Source of the DNA: Chiloscyllium plagiosum
Lineage: Eukaryota
Direction: 5' to 3'
DNA: 64,000 nucleotides
NCBI RefSeq assembly: GCF_004010195.1
Contig: NC_057718.1
Location: 90,056,837 to 90,120,836 of the forward strand
Below, piece after piece: positions 50,271 to 60,295 of the stretch. The position numbers and the translations under genes were made by a program. The notes under the pieces were generated by a model that made no database searches, was not told the origin of the DNA, and saw only the letters and a program-made list of their open reading frames with translations. The stretch's first letter is position 1; the number at the start of each line of letters is the position of its first letter.

Positions 50271-51934
50271 ATGGGCAACCTGCTTGCCAACATATGGGCA
50301 GGTGCGCCAGCCTTGATAGGACACTCCTAGCACTGCAGATTCATTCCCAAGCTGCGGGTATTGACACCACTGGATGCCATCACACTGATTCCCCAACATG
50401 GACCCACATGCCACAGACTCCAGGCCTTGCACCACACTCCTGTTGCATTTCTGTGGAGGTTTGTCATTGCGCTGTGCAATCGGGAGGATTTCATACCAAA
50501 GCTGCTCCCACTCAAAGGGAGCAGTTCCATCTGTTTGTGTGAGACAGAGAACTTTGGAGCAAAATCTGACACTTGTAATTCAGTTGCTGTCTGATGCACT
50601 TGGATGACAACCAGTTTCACTGTGGTCCTGATGTGCCTTCCTTAACCTGCCAAAAGGAACTTGTCACATTCTTCAAAGTAACTGCATCAAGATATCGTGC
50701 CATCGGGCAGGTCTCAGCTGTCATCAAGGATGTTAAAATAACTAGGACCTAACACTCTGTTTCTGTACAGTTCCCTTGTAAGGTGACAAAACAGGACAGG
50801 AAGTAATATTTCAGAAGTCCAGCTCTCTCTGAGTTTTGGATCGTCATCCATGGTTCTTTAGGTATCAGAGAGACCCGATATTAGTGAGTTGAGCTGGATG
50901 GTTGGAGCAGAATGTGGAAGTAGCGCACGGTTCAGTAAACACACTGACACTGCTTTGTACAGGAGCTCCTGAGAGGACTGAAGATTATATAAAGGAAGGT
51001 TTTCAGTTTTAATGGAGTGTTCAGTGTAATTCAATGTCTTTCTTTCGTTATTGACGTGTAAATCCACTGGGAGTCTCACGGAGAAATGAGAAAGATATTC
51101 TGGATCATTCTTCTTTTAACAATCTCCCTGCCTTGCTCCAGTTAATCGCTCCCACTCTGTCTACTGTGTATACCTGTCTATTTCCTTTTCATGGTCTGGG
51201 CATAATGCACACACTGCTGCCATGAATGTTATATTGTATTTCTTTCTCGTCTCCTTTTGTTTAGGTCTCTTGTTCCTCACCCTCTCATTAATGTCAGTTA
51301 AGTAGGAGGACTGGGGAAGCTGGAACTGTTCCCCATGGAGCAGGGAAGGCTGAGAGGAGATTTGATAGGATTAGAATCAGATTTTATTGTCATGTGCACA
51401 GTGAAAAATATACCACGTCACTTTTCCTGGCGCCATCTTTGGTACAAGGTACAAACCCGTGGGTACAAAGTAGAAAAATAAATGAATAAGCGAGAAGTTC
51501 AACAGTACAGTTCTACTCTGTAAAAAGTGGTAAATAATGTTTCAAAACTACGGTTCCTCTTTAGCCACGGGCCTGCAGTCACTCCACCCTGGCCTCTCCT
51601 CATGAGGGCTTGCACAGCCCGTGATGGATCGATCTCTCTCCCGCTGGATCTCTCAATCCTCGTGCCTCAGCGCTGCCGCCTCACTGCAGACCGGTAGAAG
51701 AGAAAGCACCAGGAGTGGTGTCTCGCTGCGGGGTGTAGACATCTGATGGGGAAGGAGGTCTGCTGTCATGGAGAGGGAGCCAGGGCCCTTCTCCACAGCA
51801 AGGGCTGGACATTTCCACACTGGAGGATATCAGCGATGTTGAGACAACACCAGGACCCTCTCCTGATGCCTTTGGACACCATTTTCCTGAGGTCTTCTGT
51901 CTGCCAGTCTCTCCCTCTCCAGAGATCATCATCA

Positions 51935-52224
51935 TAAAATCCCTCCAGTGTGGAAACGCCCTTCAGCCCAATATATCCACACCAACCCTCTGAAGAGTAA
52001 CCCACCCAGACTCTTTCCCCTACCCTATTACTTTACATTTTACTCCTGACCAATTCACCTGACCTGCACATCCTTGGACTGTGCGAAGAAACCGGAGCAC
52101 TCGGAGGAAACCCACGCAGACACGGGGAGAATGTGCAAACTCCACACAGCCAGTCGCCCGAGGGTGGAATCGAACCCGGGTCCCTGGTGCTGTGAGGCAG
52201 CAGTGCTAACCACCGAGCCACCGT
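51935..52224 (-). mobile_element. HE1 SINE
   Basis: Consensus match. Confidence 0.88.
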
Positions 52225-52362
52225 GCAACTTTTACAAGAGCTCTTGTAAAATTCAGAAAAACTGGGACGCGTCCTGAGGTGGGGATCGTGTTGTCCTGGT
52301 CAGAAGGCAAGGATGGGTCTGAAGGGAAAAAGGGCCTTGGTTGACAATGAACCCAATGAGGT

Positions 52363-52458
52363 TCATTCCTGATGTAGGGCTTTTGCCTGAAACATCGATT
52401 TTCCTGCTCCTTGGATGCTGCCTGACCTGCTGTGCTTTTCCAGCACCACTCTAATCGA
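52363..52458 (+). mobile_element. PLE family A single arm
   Basis: Flanked by GACAATGAACCCA duplication. Confidence 0.8.
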
Positions 52459-52874
52459 GACAATGAACCCACTGATTGACAGCATGGATGTCCGATCTTG
52501 GGGATGTGGCACCAATGCTTTAAATAAATATACTGCTGTGTTTTATCGAGTCACTAATCATTAGGGCTTGGTTGTCTAAATATAGACAAATATGTTTATG
52601 ATGCAGGATTTGCTTTTGCTTTAATTTATCTCGCACGTAGAATCGTCCAGCACAAATCTAGACCACTCAGTCCACTATGCTGCTGCTGGCTGTTTTTGAA
52701 AGGGCTCTCCAATTGGTCGCCCACCCCTTGCCCCTCTTCCATGACCTTGCAAGTTGTAGGTGACATGAAAGATGGCAAACTCTGGAATGTCTTTGGTGTG
52801 TGGGAAGTCGCTATGATCTAAAAGCAGTAAGGTCATGTTGCAGAAAGACCATTGCAGAAATAATACCCCAAATG

Positions 52875-53560
52875 AAGTACAAGTTCATAGCTCCTTGAAA
52901 GTGGAGTCGCAGGTAAACAGGATAGTGAAGAAGGTGTTTGGTATGCTTTCCTTTATTGGTCAGAGTATTGAGTACAGGAGTTGGGAGGTCATGATGTGGC
53001 TGTACAGGACATTGGTTAGGCCAGTTTTGGAATATTGTGTTCAATTCTGGTCTCACTGCTATCGGAAGGATGTTGTGAAGTTTGAAAGGGGTTTTAAAAG
53101 ATTTACAAGCGTGGTGCCAGGGTTGGAGGGCTTGAGCTATAGGGAGAGGCTGAATAGGCTGGGGCTTTTTTCCCTGGAACATCAGAGGCTGAGGAGTAAC
53201 CTTATAGAGGTTTAGAAAATCATGAAGGGCATGGATAGGGTGAATAGCCAAGGTCTTTTCCTCAGGGTCAGGGAGTCCAAAACTAGAGAGCATTTTTTAA
53301 GGTGAGAGGGGAAAGATATAAAGGGGCAACTTTTTCACACAGAGGGTGGTGTGTGTATGGAATGAGCTGCCAGAGGAAGTGGTGGAGGCTGGTACAATTA
53401 CAACATATAAAAGGCATCTGGATGGGTATATCAATCGGAAGGGTTTAGAGGGATATGGGCCAAGTGCTGGAACGTGGGGCAAGATTACTTTAGAATATCT
53501 GGTCAGCATGAACGAGTTAGACCAAAGGCTTTGTTCCTGTGCTGTATATCTCTATGGCTC
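52875..53560 (+). mobile_element. CR1/HER1 3' fragment
   Basis: LYRTLVRPVLEYCVQFWS...LSYRERLNRLGLFSLE peptide. Confidence 0.9.
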
Positions 53561-54271
53561 TCGCCAGAAACTCCTAAGAGACCTTGGGCAGGAATTTAAC
53601 CCATTCCTCCTCCTTTGATGAAATGAGGCAGGTGGGCGTGAATGTATGTGTGACCGAGCTGGCACTACCTGCCCCTGATGTGGGATCAGTAGCTGAAGGG
53701 GTACTCAGTCACAAGCAGGGGATAGCCAATCAGAATGGGGCTGTTGACTGGTCCATTGAATCCTATTGTTAGAGGCTGCCTGGGATCTTCCAGTTGGCTT
53801 GCAGTGTTCCTGCAATTGGAGACAGACCAGGGGTGAGGATATTGATGGGGAGCGGGAGGTGGGGGGGAAGCAGCTACTGCTCCAGACTGACTTATCTGCC
53901 TTGTGTGTGTGACAGTCAGAAGGACAGACTCATGTTAGATGCGCTGTTGTAATGAGTTATTAACCCATTCAAGCGGACCGAATGAAAAACCTGGCAGGGG
54001 TTACGAAGAGCATTGCTTAATGCCTTGGCCAGATGATTTCAAATAAATCAAGGGACGGGGAATGAAATTTTAGCAAGCGTAATGAGTTTTCCTGTCATCA
54101 GTTTGACTGCATGGGGATTATCATCGGATTACTTACAGGATGGTGAAGTACAAAATCGGAACATTGTCTCGGCAAAGGTCTGTTTGGGTTTTGCAGAAGA
54201 TATAGTAGAATTGTGGTAATACGGATCAGGAGGGTCCTGTGTGTGAGGGGTACGGAATATAATGTAGAACT

Positions 54272-54667
54272 TGGAGGCTGAGGGGTGACCTTATAGAGGT
54301 TTACAAAATTATGAGGGGCATGGATAGGGTAAATAGGCAAAGTCTTTTCCCTGGGGTCGGGGAGTCCAGAACTAGGGGGCATAGGTTTAGGGTGAGAGGG
54401 GAAAGATATAAAAGAGACCTAAGGGACAACTTTTTCACACAGAGGGCGGTACGCGTATGGAATGAGCTGCCAGAGGAAGTGGTGGAGGCTGGTACAACTG
54501 CAACATTTAAGAGGCATTTGGATGGGTATATGAATAGGAAGGGTTTGGAGGGATATGGGCCGGGTGCTGGCAGGCGGGACTAGGTTGGATTGGGATATCT
54601 GGTTGGCATGGACGGGTTGGACTTAAGGGTCTGTTTCCATGTTGTACTTCTCTATGACTCTATGACT
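54272..54667 (+). mobile_element. Young CR1/HER1 3' fragment
   Basis: Open C-terminal frame and (CTATGACT)n tail. Confidence 0.9.
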
Positions 54668-55192
54668 TTGTCTGAGTGAACTAATTCAAAGCAAAGGAGA
54701 TAGTAAATAATATTAGTGGGTACTAGTGTGAACTTGCCTCCAAAAGGGTATTTTACCTAATGTAGTGATGTTTATGTTATTCCCTATAACATAAGGCATT
54801 GAGTGTAGACCTTGTGGTATTGAAGAATCCAACAGACATTTCTTACAATTAAACATTATATAGAAACATTGCATTGCTCAGGCACATAAGTGTCTGGGCT
54901 AGTATTAAGCTACTCATTTACAGTAGAAGTGCATGCTGTTAGTGGAGCATCATGCTTCAACTGATCCAAGGTAAGGTGGTGTATGAGATCTTCATAGCCC
55001 CTGGTCACATGAAATGATGATATCCTGACTATGTCTCTTATATGCACACTGACGTACTGACTGTGAGACATAACACACCAGGGATGGGTGAGATTGATGT
55101 AATAACGTAAAGAACTGCTGGAGAAATTCACCAGGTCTGGCAGCATCTGTGGAGAGAAAACAGAGTGAACATTTTGAGCAGGATTGATGCCT

Positions 55193-55331
55193 GATAAAAC
55201 TTAGTGTGCCAGATAAACTGTGAATGTACCAGGTAAACCATAAGGATACCTGATAAACCATTAGGCTACCAGATAAACTGTGAGAGTACCAGGTAAGCTA
55301 TAAGTTTACCAGGTAAACTGTAAGGATACCG
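55193..55331. repeat. Diverged 20-bp tandem repeat (about 7 units)
   Basis: Units such as GATAAACTGTGAATGTACCA and GGTAAACCATAAGGATACCT. Confidence 0.8.
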
Positions 55332-56451
55332 GACAGAGAATAACAATGGAGAAAATGACAGCTAGGGAAAGTAGTGAGGAGGTCTTACTGATGATACAAA
55401 GAGAACACAATTAGCTTTGGACTCTCACCATGACAAACGAATGTGCGAAGAGGTTGCAATGTTAAAGTGCTGTTAGATGGACAGATGGATAGAAGGGGAT
55501 GATGAGGATTAAAAAGAGGATGCTTCACAGTTACCTGAAGAATGGATGGTCATATGAAGAACTGAGGAGAGAAACAGATGACTGAACTCATTTGGAGATG
55601 GGGATTGACCCTGCCACATCTTAGCCTGATTGAAGGCTGGTTATAGAAGTGTTTGTTTTTTTGTCCTGTTTTGTTTGTTCATCACTTTCTAGCAAGAAAA
55701 AACAAAAGGCTAATATGAATTTGTACTGAACTTAATGCCAAAGAGGTGTGAAAATGCACCTTTTCTTCAGAGATGGCATCAGATTCCATTACATAGCCAT
55801 TACATGAGTTGAATCTTTCTCCATCCCAAAAGTCAATTATATTCAATAAGCGCGAGTCGACTCTCAGTCAGGTATAAGCTGAAAGCTAATGGCATTGATT
55901 TCATGCTACCCCGAGATCATGTCTCAATACTGAAACTCAATGTTATTTTCAGATCCCTCCTTTGCCCTCCATCCTTACTCTTAATCTTCAATAATTCTGG
56001 TGACTTGTGCATCCTCGATTTTAATCATTCCACTATTGGTTGCTGTATTTTGAGCTAATGAGGCTGTGAAACCCGCTCCCCTCCCCCCCCCAAACCTCTC
56101 CAGCTCTCTTTTTGTCTGTTCCCCATGAGCATGTTATCTCATGCATAAATGTTACAATGAGGATATGATTTTTTTTTGGGGCTATTATGTGTTTTGGTGT
56201 ACAATTCACACCAAAGTTTAAGACGCATCAGGTCAGTGTCAGGTGACAACCTCCCTTTGTGTGCAGCTCAGCTGAGCTCAGTTCCTCTGTAGCACTTGTG
56301 GGAACTATTACTGTAACTTGTTGTGGTTTTTTTTCTTTATTTGTTTAGATGTCAATTAGGCTACTACTAATGACACGGTACTTTGGACTGTAGCATGAAT
56401 TTCAGCCCATCAAAAGTAGTATCCATGTAATAGTGAACCACATAAATTTAA

Positions 56452-56658
56452 GATAAAAATCACACAACACCAGGTTATAGTCCAACAGGTTTAATTGGAA
56501 GCACTAGCTTTCGGAGCGATGCTCCTTCATCAGGTGATAGTGAAGGAGCGACTCTCCGAAAGCTAGTGCTTCCAATTAAACCTGTTGGACTATAACCTGG
56601 TGTTGTGTGATTTTTAACTTTGTCCACCCCAGACCAACACCGGCATCTCCAAATCGTG
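56452..56658. mobile_element. Palindromic PLE family B insertion
   Basis: TSD ACATAAATTTAA at 56440-56451 and 56659-56670. Intact core at 56505-56533 (-). Confidence 0.88.
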
Positions 56659-57109
56659 ACATAAATTTAAAGTCTAAAAACTCGGACTTTTGCAGGAGTA
56701 CATGTGGTATGTTGACCTTTTCCTTTTCTCTATTGCTTATCCTCCAGTCAGTTTGGTCTCCTGATCACTTAGACTCTCTCAGAAATCCTAGAGAAGCCGA
56801 ATTCTTAAAGGAACCATCACCCCACCTTAAAATATGGGCTTTTTCCATATCGCCAACCCCTCCCCTCCAAAATCACACGGGCTAGTAGAGACTGCATTGA
56901 AATGTTTACCACTCTGTTCTCATATTCTAATGGATACATTTATGATGGTTTAAACTTGGATCTGAGCTGCCATGTACGTACAGGACGTTGGCTTCATTTA
57001 TCATGAAATTCTAAATCCTCTTCGGAAGGCAAATCCTCACGGAGAAATGATATTGGATGCATGGGTTGTTTTCCTGATGTTTCGAGGATAGAGTGCCTGA
57101 TGGATTGCT

Positions 57110-57931
57110 GTAGATATTTGCCTTCATTGCTCAGATCTTTGAGTACACGAGTTGGGACATCATGTTGAGGTTGTACAGGGCACTGTTGAGGCCTCTTCTG
57201 GAGCACTGTGTCCAGTTCGAGTTGCCCTGTTATAGGAAGGATATTATTAAACTGGAGAGGGTTCAGAAAAGATTTACCAGGATGCTGCTGGGAATGGAAG
57301 GCTTGAGTTATAAGGATAGGCTGGGACATTTAAGGGTTACACCCGAAACATGGTCTCCTCCACCTCCTGATGCCGCCTGGCCTGCTGTGTTCTGTCGGCC
57401 TCCTGCCTGTCTATTTTTGTCTCTAGCATTTTTCACTGGAGCATAGGAGGTTGAGGGCTAACCTTTCAGAGGTTTATAAAATCATGAGTATAGATAAGGT
57501 GAATGGCAGGTGTCTTTTCCCTAGGGTTGGGGATTTCTAGTTGAAACTTTATTGCTGGAACAGCACAGCAGGTCAGATGCTGCCTGACCTGCTGTGCTTT
57601 TCCAGCAATAAAGTTTCAACTTTGATCTCCAGCATCTGCAGACCTCACTTTCTCCTTGGGGATTTCTAGACTAGGGGGCATATTTTTAAGATGAAAGGAG
57701 AAAGATTTAAAATTGACATGAAGGGCAGTGTTTTTACGTGATTTGTATGTGCAATGAACTTTCAGAGGAAGTGTGGATGTGGATTTAAAAAGGCATTTGG
57801 ATAAGTCCATGAATAAGAAATGTTTGGAGGGATGTGGCCAGTAGCAGGCAGGTGGAACTAGTTTAGTTTGGGATAATGGTAGGCATGGACTGGTTGGATT
57901 GAAGGGTCTGTTTCCTTGCTTTATGACTCTA
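57110..57931 (+). mobile_element. CR1 3' fragment with two PLE-derived inserts (about 57330-57420 and 57541-57655)
   Basis: LYRALLRPLLEHCVQF peptide. TSD TTGGGGATTTCTAG at 57527-57540 and 57656-57669. Confidence 0.87.
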
Positions 57932-58424
57932 TAACTGGTGCTGCATGAACGAAATAGAGAGAAAAGGAATTATTATCTCGCTCAGCAAGGCACAGAATTT
58001 ACACCCTGATTTTGTTTCCAATCTCGAGCTGGAAACTGAGTGGAACTGAAGATCTCCTGCGATGGGGGAAGGCAACAAATGAATAGTGATGCTGTCCTCC
58101 ATTCCCCCCAGAGTGGGGCAAGACAGATACCTTTCATCTCTGACCTTTCCCAGCTCCGAGAGCAAACTGTGAACTGTCCTAGCCACACAGGCTGTGTACC
58201 AGGGTCAACTCAGAGCAAAACTGCTCATGAAGTCACTCAATAATGATGGGAGTGGTGCAGTAGATTTGCACAGCACAGGAACTGTGCTGTCCCAGTTTCA
58301 TTCAACGGCTTTAACAGCTGCTGGAGGTGATTTAAGGTTGCAGATTTAAAATGAAGTTGTCATAAGCTCCAGCTGCCGTTATTCTCTTGTATTTTAAGCA
58401 TTAATTCTTCAGGTTATTTCCTGA

Positions 58425-58743
58425 ATTCATAGGATCTCCAGTGTGTGGAAAGAGGCTATTCAGCCCATTGAGTCTGAAGCAGCCCTGTGAACAGCATCCC
58501 ACCTTATCCCTATAATCCTGCATTTCCCTTGCTGACCCACTTAAACTGCACATCGCTGGACACTGTGAGGCAACTTCCCATGGTCAATCCACCTAATGTG
58601 CACATCTTTGGACTGTGGGAAGAAACCCACACAGACACAGGGAGAATGTGCAATCGCCGTGCAAACAGTTGCCCGAGGTTGGGATTGAACCTGGGTCCCT
58701 GGCACTATGAGGCAGTAGTGCTAACCACTGAGGTACCATGCCA
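58425..58743 (-). mobile_element. HE1 SINE (older)
   Basis: Consensus match. Confidence 0.83.
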
Positions 58744-59874
58744 TCCAATTTCTTCAATGCACTGTCAGAGTGAATGGTGCTTTGAACCATAAGTTCCTCT
58801 TTACCAATTCACTCCAGCAGGGAGCAGGAGTTCAATGGCTGAGCCTGGGTCAGGTTGCACTGATGGCTTCCCATTTCCCCCCTGCTCAGTGCTTTTACCC
58901 TGCACCGCTCCCACCTTCACCCCCCCCAAGCCCTCCTGTGGCCGACTCCCTCTACCCTTAGCCATGGGGCTGCGGAGGGGAAAGTCACTTTGGGAGTTGG
59001 TCAAGGCTTCCCCGAATCATCAGCCAGAGAATAGAGGGGGCAGAGGGGAGGCTGGTCTCTGGGTCAAGGGGCAGCTGCCTGTCATGTTGCTGAGGTGGCA
59101 GGGAGAGTGGGTGCTTCTCATTAATCTGTGGGTAGTGGAGGCCAAGTCGTTGAGTGTCTTTAAAAGAGGTTATTGACTGATAAGCAGAAAAAGGGTTACA
59201 GAGAGAACGCAGGAGAATGGAGTTGAGAAACAGATCAGCTATGATGGAATGGTGGCAGACTCAATGGGCTGAATGGCCTAATCCTGCTCCAGTATCTTAT
59301 GGTTGGCATCACTGTGGCGTCTCGGGGCAGAAATGGAGTGGGTGCTGTTGCTGAGGTGATGTGTGTGGCCTCCTACCCTGAAGCAAGACAAAGGAAGGGT
59401 GGAGGGTTGGTGGAAGGGTTGTGGGGGATACATGTCTGTTGGGTCCCACTGGCGATAAGGGCTGCGGGAAGGGCAGGAAGCGGGGTTTCAGGAGGACATG
59501 GAAGAGTAAGGAGTGGCAGGAAGACACAGAGGCCAACCCCTAAACACAAGATCCAATTCAAGGACAGAGGTGCACCATGGGAGACTGGGACTGTTCAGGC
59601 ATTTGGTTTGATGGTCCGTATTCCCATCATCGAAGGCAGCACTGGGTCCCACACCCTGTCAGACCCGAGTCTTGAATTTCTTCACTTCTGGCTGCTTCTG
59701 AGGGTCAGCTACAGACCCCAATGATGTCTTGCAAAGGGCAGCTGCAACATTGTAGCTGATTGGTCACAGAAACCTTCTTTGCAGGACTGGACAGCCTATT
59801 CCCTAAGAGTAGACTCGGATGGACCAGATGGTTCACTCCAAGTTCAGCGGCTAATTGGGGAAACAAATGGAATC

Positions 59875-60295
59875 TTGACTTCCTCTGGCAGCTCATTCCA
59901 TACTTGCCACACCCTCTTGGTCAAAAAGTTGCCCCTTAGGTCCCTTTTGACCTTTCCCCCCCCTCACCCTAAACCTATGCCCTTTAGTTCTGGACTCCTC
60001 CACCCCTGCGAAAGGACCTTGTCTGTTTATCCTATCCATGCCCCTCATGATTTTATAAATCTCTATAAGGTCACCCCTCAGCCTCCAGTGCTCAAAGGGA
60101 AAATAGCTGCTGGAGGAAGTGGTGGATTGCAGGTGCAGTTACACCATTTAAAAGGCATTTGGACAGGTACATGAATGGAAAAGGTTTAGAGAAATGTGGG
60201 CCAAACACAGGTAAATGGGAATAGTTTAGTTTGGGAAACTTGATCGGTGTGGGCGAGTTGGACTGAAGGGTTCGTCTCCATGCTGTGTGACTCTA
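59875..60295. mobile_element. CR1 3' fragment with an inverted 5' part
   Basis: 59875-60105 is minus-strand and 60108-60295 is plus-strand CR1 sequence. Confidence 0.8.

Noticed and set aside
39021..55331. CRISPR-like arrays at 39021, 50045 and 55193
   Set aside because: Head-to-tail tandem repeats with no unique spacers, in a vertebrate intron with no cas genes.
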